The notes under the pieces are model-generated. The model did not search any database and had not been told where the DNA came from. It saw only the letters and a program-made list of their open reading frames with translations. The translations under genes and the position numbers were made by a program. Of a stretch of DNA of 45,144 nt, positions 9,344 to 18,436 are shown one piece after another (positions within the stretch are counted from its first letter, which is position 1; each line of letters begins with the position of its first letter). Source of the stretch: Gemmatimonadales bacterium (GTDB lineage Bacteria; Gemmatimonadota; Gemmatimonadetes; Gemmatimonadales; GWC2-71-9); contig JABFSM010000046.1 of NCBI GenBank assembly GCA_013140635.1, positions 1 through 45,144 on the forward strand, given 5' to 3'.

Positions 9344-11995
9344 TCACTCCCCTCTGAGCGCGCGAAGCGGGTCGACTCGGGTGGCCCGGCGCGCCGGGAC
9401 CCACGCGGCTACCAACGCCGCCCCGACCAGCAGCACGGTGGCGGCGGCAAAGCTCGGCAGGTCGGTTGGCGCCGTTCCGTAGAGCATCCCTCGGAGCAGC
9501 CGGCCGAAACCAAGGGCACCGAGCCCCCCGACGACGATCCCCCCGATGGCGAGTCCGAGCCCTTGCCGGAGCACCAAGGCTTGGAGGCTCCGGGGGAGAG
9601 CACCTAACGCCATCCGCACGCCGAGTTCCCGGGTGCGCTGGGCCACGGTCAGGCTGACGATGCCGTAGATGCCGAGCGCGGCCAGGACGCCGCCGAGCCC
9701 CGCGAAGACCGCGATCAGCGTCAGGATGATCCGGCGCATCGCGAGGGTTTCGGCGAGCCGTCCCGCGAGCGTCTCGGAATCACTGACGGTGAGCCCCGGC
9801 TCGAGGGTCGAGATGACCTGTTGCGCCGGGCGGAGGATTGTCGCCGGCTCCCCGGTGGTGTGAATCACCATAGTCATCGAGCCGAAGGGCCATTGGGCGT
9901 GCGGCACGTAGTACTCCGGTTGCGGCGCCTCTTCATGCCCGGCGTGCCGGACGTCGGCCACGACGCCGATCACCTCGCGCGGCATCGGCGGTCCCCCCGC
10001 CCGCGAGAGAATCTGTTTCCCGATTGGATCCTCTCCGGGCCAGGTGCGGCGTGCCATCGTCTCGCTCACCACGATGACCTTTGCGCCTTCACCTCGGTCG
10101 GCCACCGTGTACAACCTTCCCCGAAGCAGCCGAATCCCCATGGCGCCGAAGTATCCCGGCGTGGCAATCGTGAGCCGGGCCGTCGGCGCGTCGCCGTCGG
10201 CGGGCGCGGGCCGGCCGACGACCTCAAATGGCGGGTCCATGTCCGAGCCGACGAGAGAGAGTGGTAGTGCCGATCCCGCGCCGGCGGCCTGCACGCCCGG
10301 AATCTGCCCGATGCGGCCGAGGAGTTCCTCGACGAAGAGCGCTCGGCGCTCCGGCTCGGGATACCGGTCCCAGAAATGTGAGGTGAGCAGCATCCTACGA
10401 TCAGTGGCGTAGCCGAGATCTTCGGAGAGGACCCGCTGGAGGCTCCGGCCGAAGAGTCCCGCCCCCACCAGGAGCATGAGGGCGATCGCCACTTCGGCCA
10501 CAACCAGCGTGCGCCCGATCCGGCGCGCGCCCCGCGCTTCCCCCGCGGCCTGGGTTCCCCGGACGGCCAGCCCATCGGTTCCCATTGCAAGGAGCCAGGC
10601 CGGCACCCCCCCCGCCAGTAAGACGGTGAGCAGCGTTGCTCCGAACCCCGCCAGGAGCACCGGAAGGTCCAGCGCGATCGAGTCGATTCGCGGAAGGCCG
10701 GCCCTCGTGGCGCCACGGACCACGGCGGGCAGCGCCGCCGCCGCCAGCGCCACACCCAGCACGCCTCCAGCCACCGCGAGAAGGCCGCTCTCCACGAGCA
10801 GCTGCCTCACGATCCTCCCCCGCCCGGCACCGAGCGCCGCACGGACGGCCAACTCCGGACGGCGGCCAAGGCCCCGGGTCAGCAGCAGGTTCGCGACGTT
10901 GACACAGGCGAGCAGGAGCACGAGGGCCACCGCGCCCTGGAGCAGGACGAGCGAAGCGGCGGCGCTCCCGGTAATTGCCTCCTTGAGCGGCACCACGGGG
11001 GTGCTCACCCGCGTGTTGGTGCGGGGGTATTCCCGTTCCAGGTCTCTCGCGATGCGGCCCATTTCCTCACGGGCCTGCTCCAAGCCAACGCCAGGTGCCA
11101 GGCGACCGATGACGTTGTAGTAGGTCTGGGACCGAAGCTTCCGGGCCTCCTCGGTGAAGCCTTGCGCGGTATAGACGTCGCTTTGCCACGGATACACGAG
11201 CGTACTGGGGAGCACTCCGATGACCTCGAACTTCCCTTCATCGAAGGTGAGGACCCGTCCGACGATGCCCTGGTCTCCGCCGTACCGCCGCCGCCAGAGC
11301 CCTTCGCTGAGCAGTACCGCCTTGGGTCCGTTGACCTCGAACTCAGCCGGAGCGAACGGCCGACCGAGGATCGGCTTCACCCCCAGGACGTCGAGATATC
11401 CGTTGGTGAGTTTGAGCGCCGAGACATGCGCCGGTTCCCCCTCATTCAGGAGGTCGTACCCGTAGGGTGCGGCCGCCGCGAGGCGAGAGAAAGAGCGGTT
11501 CCGGTCCCGCCAGTCGAGGAAATTTCCTGGCGACGGCTGCTCCCGGACTCCCTTGGCGCCGTCGAGTTGCCAGACCGTCATGATCCGGTCGGCCTCGGCA
11601 TAGGGCAGCGGACGGAGAAGCACCCCGCTGACCACGCTGAACACCGCGGTGGAGAGCCCGATACCAAGTCCGAGGATGGCGATCGCCAGCGTAGAAAAAC
11701 CGGGGGACTTCCGCAGGCTTCGCACGCCGAAGATGGCGTCTCGCCAGAACTCGCCGAAGTACATGCGGCGGCGGAGGGTGCTCTCGGTGGCGCGATCCTG
11801 CCGGCCGATCATTCGCTTGGCGTGCTCCAGGTCGCCGAATTCCGCTTCCGCCTTCTTCCGTGCCGCCATGGGTGGGTTTCCTTCCTCGATCAGTTCCTCG
11901 GTTCGCATGTCGATATGGAAAGCGACTTCCTCGCCCACTTCGGCAACGATGTCGCTCTCCCTCCGCCAGGGCCAGCGGAATCGGATGCGTGTCAT
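9344..11995 (-). CDS. ADOP-family duplicated permease
   Basis: Starts MTRIRFRWPWRRESDIVAEVGEEVAFHIDMRTEELI with an ATGA overlap to padR. Two FtsX modules, ends RATRVDPLRALRGE. Confidence 0.9.
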   Translation of the reverse strand: MTRIRFRWPWRRESDIVAEVGEEVAFHIDMRTEELIEEGNPPMAARKKAEAEFGDLEHAKRMIGRQDRATESTLRRRMYFGEFWRDAIFGVRSLRKSPGFSTLAIAILGLGIGLSTAVFSVVSGVLLRPLPYAEADRIMTVWQLDGAKGVREQPSPGNFLDWRDRNRSFSRLAAAAPYGYDLLNEGEPAHVSALKLTNGYLDVLGVKPILGRPFAPAEFEVNGPKAVLLSEGLWRRRYGGDQGIVGRVLTFDEGKFEVIGVLPSTLVYPWQSDVYTAQGFTEEARKLRSQTYYNVIGRLAPGVGLEQAREEMGRIARDLEREYPRTNTRVSTPVVPLKEAITGSAAASLVLLQGAVALVLLLACVNVANLLLTRGLGRRPELAVRAALGAGRGRIVRQLLVESGLLAVAGGVLGVALAAAALPAVVRGATRAGLPRIDSIALDLPVLLAGFGATLLTVLLAGGVPAWLLAMGTDGLAVRGTQAAGEARGARRIGRTLVVAEVAIALMLLVGAGLFGRSLQRVLSEDLGYATDRRMLLTSHFWDRYPEPERRALFVEELLGRIGQIPGVQAAGAGSALPLSLVGSDMDPPFEVVGRPAPADGDAPTARLTIATPGYFGAMGIRLLRGRLYTVADRGEGAKVIVVSETMARRTWPGEDPIGKQILSRAGGPPMPREVIGVVADVRHAGHEEAPQPEYYVPHAQWPFGSMTMVIHTTGEPATILRPAQQVISTLEPGLTVSDSETLAGRLAETLAMRRIILTLIAVFAGLGGVLAALGIYGIVSLTVAQRTRELGVRMALGALPRSLQALVLRQGLGLAIGGIVVGGLGALGFGRLLRGMLYGTAPTDLPSFAAATVLLVGAALVAAWVPARRATRVDPLRALRGE

Positions 11996-12342
11996 GAGGA
12001 GCCCTCCGCCTGTCGGGCATCGAGAATCCGGAACACCGCCGCGGCGTACTGCCGCCAGGTTCCGCTTTCCGTGCGGAGCTGTTGCCTTCCCTCGGCGGTG
12101 AGCTCGTAGAAGCGAGCCCGGCGGTTGTTCTCGGAAAGCCCCCAGGTGGCGCTGACCCACCCCTTACGGTCCAGCCGGTGGAGAGCCTGGTAGAGCCCCG
12201 CCTCCTCCAGGCCGAGAGCACCCTCCGAACGCTTCCGGATCCACCGCGAAACGGCGTAGCCATGTTGGGGTCCCCAGGTGAGCGCCTTGAGGACCAGAAG
12301 GTCGACGGTGCCTTGCAGCAGGTTGAGCGGATCGCGGCTCAT
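11992..12342 (-). CDS. PadR-family transcriptional regulator (Acidobacterial type)
   Basis: MSRDPLNLLQGTVDLLVLKAL..HGYAVSRWI..EEAGLYQALHRL..NNRRARFYELT. ATGA overlaps at both ends. Confidence 0.92.
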   Translation of the reverse strand: MSRDPLNLLQGTVDLLVLKALTWGPQHGYAVSRWIRKRSEGALGLEEAGLYQALHRLDRKGWVSATWGLSENNRRARFYELTAEGRQQLRTESGTWRQYAAAVFRILDARQAEGSS

Positions 12343-13598
12343 GGAAAGTTCCTCAACGTGTAGCCCTGCTTGACCCGCCGGACGATCCGGCGGAGGTTCG
12401 ACCAATCTTCGAGGGGATTGCCCTCAAGCACGAGAAACGACGCTTCATAGCCGTCCGCGAGTGCGCCGATCCGTCTGGCCGGGAAAAGTGCCCGCGCGGA
12501 CTCGCCGGTCCAGAGATTGAGAAGTTGCCCATGGGAGAAGACGCCAAGGGCGTCGAGAAAGCCCATCTCATTGGTGCTCGTGTCCTCGACGCGGTCGCTT
12601 CCCACCGCGACCTTGACGCCCATCGATTTGAGCAACCGGAGGTTGTCCCGTTGGGCGGAGGTGATAGCCGCCATCCGAGTGGAATCCATGCCGGGGCGCC
12701 GCGAAAGCCCCACCGTCGTGATCACGACGATGCCGCGGGCGGCGGCCAGGGAGGCGCTGGCCGAGTCGATCCGAGTCGGGAGCGCATATCCGGGGAGGTG
12801 AGCGATCAGATCGACTCCCGCTTCGACGGCCACCCGGAAGTCGGCCGCGGTTTCGACATGCGCAATGACGCGGAGGCCGCCGGCGCGTACCCGCGCGACG
12901 AGGAGAGGTACGAGGGCCGGCGAGAGCCCCTTCTGACCGGCGAAGCGGGGGTCGTCGCGGCGTTGCCGGTACTCATCGGAATAGAGGAGAAAGATCTTGA
13001 CGAGATCCGGCCGAGTCGCGAGCAGTTGAGGGACGATGCGCTCGACCCCCGCCGAATCGTCCGCGATGTAATACCCATGGTCCTGAAGGGTCTCTTTGGT
13101 GAAGCCCGGATAGGCGCCCATGGCGAGCAACCGCTCCCGGAGCGGGATCGGGTGGCCCCCGCTGGCCGTGATTCCACCGTTAGCAAAGATCACATCCACA
13201 GAAGTGGCGCAGTTGAAGAGGGGGCGGATCTCGGCCGTGAGAGAGGGGAGGTTGCTCAGGGTGGCGACATAGAACACGCCGTCCCGAAGGTACCGTGCGA
13301 TCGTCTCCTGAACTTGATAGTTGCTATGAAGGTTGTGGTTGTGGGCCTCGGCGAACGGCGGAATGACATACCCGCCGGCCAGATCGATGACCGAATCGAC
13401 GCTGGCGGGAGCGCGGAACCGGAGGACACCAGCGGCGCTATACATGGTCCGGGATTCGAACCCTTCCCCGGTCCACCACCGTCCATTGCGGTACTCCACC
13501 ACTGCGGCGGGCAAGGGGGGCGGCGTGCAGGCCGGGGCGCCTCCTACTGCGGCGGCCTGAAGCAACCCGAATCGAATTCCCAAGACGATTGCCGACAT
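12339..13598 (-). CDS. Exported amidohydrolase-family protein
   Basis: IDLAGGYVIPPFAEAHNH (HxH), IAHVET, IAHLPG, GSD, GALADGYEASFLVLEGNPL. Hydrophobic N-terminus. Confidence 0.85.
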   Translation of the reverse strand: MSAIVLGIRFGLLQAAAVGGAPACTPPPLPAAVVEYRNGRWWTGEGFESRTMYSAAGVLRFRAPASVDSVIDLAGGYVIPPFAEAHNHNLHSNYQVQETIARYLRDGVFYVATLSNLPSLTAEIRPLFNCATSVDVIFANGGITASGGHPIPLRERLLAMGAYPGFTKETLQDHGYYIADDSAGVERIVPQLLATRPDLVKIFLLYSDEYRQRRDDPRFAGQKGLSPALVPLLVARVRAGGLRVIAHVETAADFRVAVEAGVDLIAHLPGYALPTRIDSASASLAAARGIVVITTVGLSRRPGMDSTRMAAITSAQRDNLRLLKSMGVKVAVGSDRVEDTSTNEMGFLDALGVFSHGQLLNLWTGESARALFPARRIGALADGYEASFLVLEGNPLEDWSNLRRIVRRVKQGYTLRNFP

Positions 13599-13629
13599 GC
13601 ACCCTCACGGACCATGAGGAACCGAGCAC

Positions 13630-13683
13630 TCCACTCATCACATGAGTGGAACATAGCGCCGTTCCACTCATATGCCAAGTGGA
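13630..13683. promoter_or_regulatory. Pair of palindromic operator-like sites in a divergent promoter region
   Basis: TCCACTCAT-CAC-ATGAGTGGA (13630-13650, perfect 9-bp arms) and TCCACTCATATGCCAAGTGGA (13663-13683), 33 bp apart. Confidence 0.72.
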
Positions 13684-13726
13684 AGGAGAGATGAAACCGG
13701 CACCCCAAACCAGACGTCGAGACTCT

Positions 13727-14491
13727 ATGCATCTATTCAAACCCGTTGTGACCGCCCTGGCACTCGTGCTGGGGACTGCGCAGTGCCTCAATACGAGTCC
13801 CAATTCGATCGATAACCCCGATATCGATCCCAACGCCACAACCCGTATTCTGTTCATTGGCAATAGCTTGACCTATTACAATGACCTCCCGGACATGGTG
13901 AAAGCGCTGGCCGATTCGGCCGGGATCACAGGGGTCCAGGCCGCCCAGGTGGCCCAACCGGACTACGCTCTGGAGGATCACTATGCAGACGGGAGAGCCG
14001 TCTCTGCCATCCAGGCGGGAGGCTGGCACTACGTGGCCCTTCAGCAGGGGCCATCTTCGACCACGGCCAATCGTGCCAACCTTCGGCAGTGGGCGGCCAC
14101 CTTCGCTCAGATCATTCGAAGCAAGGGCGGCACGCCGGCCATGTTCCAGGTCTGGCCGCAAATCCAGAATTTCTCGACCTTCGACGCGGCCAACGAGTCA
14201 TATCGCCTTGCCGCGGAGGACATTGACGGCCTCCTCTTTCCCGCCGGTAAGGCATGGCAGGCGGCCCTCCGGCGAGATCCCTCAATCCAGCTCTACTACG
14301 ACGGTCTCCACGCGTCGGTGATCGGGAGCTACTTGGCCGCGCTCACGATCTTCGGCGAGTTGTTCGATCGCTCCGTTATCGGCCTTCCTGGCGGGCTCCG
14401 GGTGCCTTCCGGCTCCTTCCTGCTCACGGCGGAGCAGACCCTCTTGCTTCAACAATCCGCCGACGAGGCGAACGGCCGGATCGCGCCATGA
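13727..14491 (+). CDS. SGNH/GDSL-family hydrolase, exported (possible lipoprotein)
   Basis: ILFIGNSLT (block I), ALQQGPS, DGLHAS (DxxH). Signal-like ALALVLGTAQC. Alternative start ATG 13691. Confidence 0.8.
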   Translation: MHLFKPVVTALALVLGTAQCLNTSPNSIDNPDIDPNATTRILFIGNSLTYYNDLPDMVKALADSAGITGVQAAQVAQPDYALEDHYADGRAVSAIQAGGWHYVALQQGPSSTTANRANLRQWAATFAQIIRSKGGTPAMFQVWPQIQNFSTFDAANESYRLAAEDIDGLLFPAGKAWQAALRRDPSIQLYYDGLHASVIGSYLAALTIFGELFDRSVIGLPGGLRVPSGSFLLTAEQTLLLQQSADEANGRIAP

Positions 14492-15651
14492 AGCGCCTCG
14501 CGGGCCCCAGCCTTCTTGTGCTGCTATCGGCGAGTCGGGCCGCCGGGGCGCTCGCCGCCCAGGAGCGGGTCATCACCCTCGATCGTCCCGAGGCCCAGTT
14601 GCCGGGGGAGTTCACCCGCGTCACCAGGGTGCGGGAGCTCTCCAGCGGGCGCCTCTTGGTCCTCGATTTCAACGACGCCACCGTCCAGCTCGTCGACTCG
14701 CGCAGCAAGAGCGTTGTGCAGGTTGGGGGCACGGGGGAAGGCCCCCGAGAATATCGGAGCCCGACCGGTCTCTTTTCATTCGGACCCGACCGATCGCTGA
14801 TCGCCGACCAAGGGAACCGGCGCTTTCTTGTTGTCGGCCCTGATGGGACGATCGTGTCGGAGGCCTCCTTTCCCGATCTGGGTGGATTCGGTCTCCTCTC
14901 CGTTCGTGGAGCCGATGCCCGTGGCCGCATTTACTTCGACGGCCCTAACCAGGGATCGGGCCGGACCGGCGGCCGAGACTCGGCGGCGATGCTTCGGTGG
15001 CATCCCGACCGCCCCGCGCGGCTCGATACGATGGGCTGGGTGCAGGTGCAATCGGCCGCGACGGTTCGCAGCGAGGGGGGCCGGATCACGATGACTCGGG
15101 CCATCCGTCCGCTTCGCACTTCGGAGCAATGGGGGGTATCGGAAGAGGGCCGAATCGCGCTGGTCACTCCGGAACCGTATCGGGTGGACTGGCTCTCTGA
15201 AGGGCGGCCTCGGGTGGCCGGGGTGCCGGTGCCGATCCGGGAAACGCCGCTCACCGAGGCTGAAAAGACCGGATATCTCGGGCGGATGCAGGCCGGCGCC
15301 GCGCCGCCACGCGGCTTCTCGATCGGCGGTCAGCCCAGTGGGGGGCCACCCCCTCCCCCCGCCGCTGCCGACGTCGCCGCGGCAGAATGGCCGCCGTTCA
15401 AGCCGCCGTTCTTGGTGGCGAGTACTATGGTGAGCCCGGCCGGGCACCTTTGGGTCAGACGGACACCGGATGCCGCGTCGCAAGCGGAATCGTTCGACCT
15501 GTTCGGGCCCGAGGGGCGCCGAGTGGCGATCGTGTCGGTGCCGGGCGGTGGAAGGCTGGTCGGATTCGCTACGGGGGGGGTCTATTTCGCCCGGAAGGAT
15601 GCCGACGATGTGGAGCACCTCTTCAAGTTCGCTTTGACGCTCTCGCCCTAA
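14488..15651 (+). CDS. Exported 6-bladed beta-propeller-like protein
   Basis: ATGA overlap with the upstream gene, signal peptide, VGGTGEGPREYRSP motif, and C-terminal GHLWVRR..FDLFGPEGRR pattern. Confidence 0.7.
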   Translation: MKRLAGPSLLVLLSASRAAGALAAQERVITLDRPEAQLPGEFTRVTRVRELSSGRLLVLDFNDATVQLVDSRSKSVVQVGGTGEGPREYRSPTGLFSFGPDRSLIADQGNRRFLVVGPDGTIVSEASFPDLGGFGLLSVRGADARGRIYFDGPNQGSGRTGGRDSAAMLRWHPDRPARLDTMGWVQVQSAATVRSEGGRITMTRAIRPLRTSEQWGVSEEGRIALVTPEPYRVDWLSEGRPRVAGVPVPIRETPLTEAEKTGYLGRMQAGAAPPRGFSIGGQPSGGPPPPPAAADVAAAEWPPFKPPFLVASTMVSPAGHLWVRRTPDAASQAESFDLFGPEGRRVAIVSVPGGGRLVGFATGGVYFARKDADDVEHLFKFALTLSP

Positions 15652-15683
15652 GCGGTTCTCTCGCGTCCCCCGTCCTCCACGGC

Positions 15684-17324
15684 ATGAGCCGGTCCCTCCT
15701 CGCGCTCCTTCTCCTCACCTCCTGTCAGTCCGGACCGGCGGCCGATCTCGTTCTCTACGGTCGAGTCTGGACCGGCGATTCCCTGCGGCCCTTCGCTGGC
15801 GCGGTCGTGATCGCCGGCGATTCGATCCTTGCCGTAGGCGACAGCGCCGACGTCCAACCGTTCGTCGGTTCGAAGACCGAGCAGATCCGGCCGCCCAACG
15901 GCTTCATCACCCCCGGACTTACCGACGGACACGTGCATCTGATGTGGGGGGGATTCCAGCTCGCGAACGTCGATCTCCGCAACGCCGATTCGCCGGCGGA
16001 ATTCATCCGCCGGATCAAGGCGTTTGCCGCGACCCAGCAGCCCGGGGAGTGGATTCTCGGCGGCAACTGGGACCATGAAAACTGGGCCGGCGCGCCGCTC
16101 CCCGACCGCGTTTGGATCGACTCCGTGACGCCGAGAAACCCGGTGCTCGTGAATCGTCTCGACGGACATATGAGTCTCGCCAATTCGCTGGCGCTTGCAG
16201 CCGCGAAGCTCGATCGTTCGACCCGGGAGATTCCGGGCGGGTCGATCGTCCGACGGCCTGACGGCGAGCTGACCGGCGTGCTCCGGGATGCCGCGTTGGA
16301 TCCGGTCGGCGCGGTGATCCCCGCGCCGTCGACCGCCCGGCTCGATTCCGCCCTCACCCGAGCCATGGAGTACGCGGCCTCGCTCGGCGTGACCGCGGTG
16401 GCGAGCGTCAGCGCCGGTTGGAGTGGGATCGCCGCACTCGAGCGGGCGCGTCAGGCGGGCCGGCTCACCCTCCGCGTCGCGAACTATCTCCCGCTGGCCG
16501 ATTGGCGCCGCGCGGCGGAGACGCTCCGCGTGAAGGGCCCCGGCGATGCCTGGATCCGGACCGCCGGGGTGAAGGGGTTCATCGACGGATCGCTCGGCGC
16601 GTCCACTGCGCTCCTCTTTGCGCCCTATCGCGACGCGCCGGCAACGCGAGGATTGCTGGTTACCTCCGAAGATTCGCTCCGCCGGTGGATGAGTGGAGCC
16701 GACTCCGCAGGGCTGCAACTCTCGATGCATGCCATCGGCGACCGCGCCAACGCGCTTTTGCTCGACATCTTCGATAGCGTCTCCAGGGGGCATGGCCCCC
16801 GCGACCGGCGGTTCCGAGCCGAGCACGCCCAACACTTGCGGGCGGAGGATATTCCGCGGTTCAGGGCGATCGGAGTCATTGGGTCCGTGCAGCCGTATCA
16901 CCTGGCAGACGACGGACGCTGGGCCGCCAAGCGCATCGGGCCGGAGCTGACCCGGAGGAGCTACGCCTCCCGCAGCCTGCTCGATGCGAAGGCCAGGCTC
17001 GCGTTCGGGTCCGATTGGCCGCTGGCTCTGCTCGATCCGCTTCTCGGGCTCAAGGCGGCGGTGACGCGGCAGACGCTCGATGGGAAGAATGTGGAGGGAT
17101 GGATTCCGGAGGAAAAGATCACCCTCGCGGAGGCCCTCCGTGCCTACACCGCCGGCAACGCCCATGCGATGTTCGCGGACGAACGACGAGGGGTTCTCAA
17201 GCCCGGCTACCTCGCGGACCTCGTCGTGTTCGACCGCGACCTGCTCGCGCTGCCCGCCGCGGCGCTCGAAGAGGCCAAAGTGAAGATGACAATCGTCGGC
17301 GGGAAGATCGTCTATCAGCCATAG
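15684..17324 (+). CDS. Amidohydrolase 3 (YtcJ-like) lipoprotein
   Basis: Lipobox LLTSC, PGLTDGHVH, VKGFIDGSLG, HAIGDRA, RAEHAQ, FGSDWP, GYLADLVV. Confidence 0.88.
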   Translation: MSRSLLALLLLTSCQSGPAADLVLYGRVWTGDSLRPFAGAVVIAGDSILAVGDSADVQPFVGSKTEQIRPPNGFITPGLTDGHVHLMWGGFQLANVDLRNADSPAEFIRRIKAFAATQQPGEWILGGNWDHENWAGAPLPDRVWIDSVTPRNPVLVNRLDGHMSLANSLALAAAKLDRSTREIPGGSIVRRPDGELTGVLRDAALDPVGAVIPAPSTARLDSALTRAMEYAASLGVTAVASVSAGWSGIAALERARQAGRLTLRVANYLPLADWRRAAETLRVKGPGDAWIRTAGVKGFIDGSLGASTALLFAPYRDAPATRGLLVTSEDSLRRWMSGADSAGLQLSMHAIGDRANALLLDIFDSVSRGHGPRDRRFRAEHAQHLRAEDIPRFRAIGVIGSVQPYHLADDGRWAAKRIGPELTRRSYASRSLLDAKARLAFGSDWPLALLDPLLGLKAAVTRQTLDGKNVEGWIPEEKITLAEALRAYTAGNAHAMFADERRGVLKPGYLADLVVFDRDLLALPAAALEEAKVKMTIVGGKIVYQP

Positions 17325-17333
17325 GGGTTACAC

Positions 17334-18305
17334 ATGATCGGCTTGCTCTTTGCCCTGTCGGCGGCACTCCCGCCGCTCCCCGACCCTTCGGAAATACTCG
17401 TCGTCACCAACAAGCAGGCGAGCACCGTCTCGATCCTGTCGCTGGCCACGGGCAAAGCGCTCGCCACGTTGCCGACCGGCGCGGGCCCGCACGAGGCCAC
17501 CGCCTCCGCCGACGGCCGCTGGGCGGTGGTCACCAACTATGGTGCGCAACAGCCGGGCAACTCGCTTACGGTGGTCGACTTGGCCAGCCTCACCGTGGCC
17601 CGGACTATCGATCTCGGAACCTATACTCGCCCGCACGGCGCGATTTTTCTCCTCGATAACAAGACCGTCGCGGTGACGTCGGAAACCACCGGCTTTGTCG
17701 TGCTGGTGGACGTCACCTCAGGCCAGATCACCGGGACGCGGCCGACCGGTCAGGCGGTAAGCCACATGGTGGCCGTCGCCGCGGATGGCCGCCGCGCCTT
17801 CACCGCCAACATCCAGCCGGGTACCATTTCGGCGGTCGATCTCGTCGCCGGCGAGCCGAGGATTCTTCAGGTTTCGACCCAGACCGAGGCGATTGGAGTG
17901 GCGCCCGACGCGAGCCAAGCCTGGGTCGGGAGCAACGACAAGGGCACGGTGTCTACGGTCAACATCGCTCAGTGGAAGGTGACCGACACCCTGGCCGTCG
18001 GAAGCTGGCCGTACCGGATCTCCTTCTCCCCCGACGGCCGGCGGGTGCTCGTGACGACACCCAACTCCGATGAGATTTGGCTCTTCGACGCGGCGGCTCG
18101 GCGCCAGACCGGACGCCTCAAGGTGGCTGGAGCGGCCAGCCGGCCCTACGGGATCATCTGGCACCCGGACGGGAAGAGTGCCTATATCACGCTAACCGGC
18201 CTGAACCAGGTCGGGGTGCTCGATGTGGACCGGATGGCCCTCACCCAGTTCCTCGACGTGGGGGCGGCGCCGGACGGGATCGCGTACGCGCGGCGGCGGA
18301 ACTGA
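17334..18305 (+). CDS. YncE/YVTN-family beta-propeller protein
   Basis: Repeated blades (LPTGAGPHE..DGRWAVVTN, PHG, VSHMVAV..DGRRAFTAN, VGSWPYRISFSPDGRR, VGAAPDGIAY). Short signal-like N-terminus. Confidence 0.85.
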   Translation: MIGLLFALSAALPPLPDPSEILVVTNKQASTVSILSLATGKALATLPTGAGPHEATASADGRWAVVTNYGAQQPGNSLTVVDLASLTVARTIDLGTYTRPHGAIFLLDNKTVAVTSETTGFVVLVDVTSGQITGTRPTGQAVSHMVAVAADGRRAFTANIQPGTISAVDLVAGEPRILQVSTQTEAIGVAPDASQAWVGSNDKGTVSTVNIAQWKVTDTLAVGSWPYRISFSPDGRRVLVTTPNSDEIWLFDAAARRQTGRLKVAGAASRPYGIIWHPDGKSAYITLTGLNQVGVLDVDRMALTQFLDVGAAPDGIAYARRRN

Positions 18306-18432
18306 GGGAAGAGGGAGGAGGGAGGAGGGAAGAGGTCGTTTTGCGGAGAGTGCGGCGCTATTTTTAAGGTAGCGAGGGAGGGCATCCCGGCACGGTTTTC
18401 CCTCCTCCCTCTTCCTCCATCCCTCTTCCCTA
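18304..18432. repeat. Inverted purine/pyrimidine heptamer-repeat arms (second copy)
   Basis: GAGGGAA GAGGGAG GAGGGAG GAGGGAA GAGG (18304-18335), with a complementary pyrimidine arm at about 18398-18432. Confidence 0.7.
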
Positions 18433-18436
18433 GACT

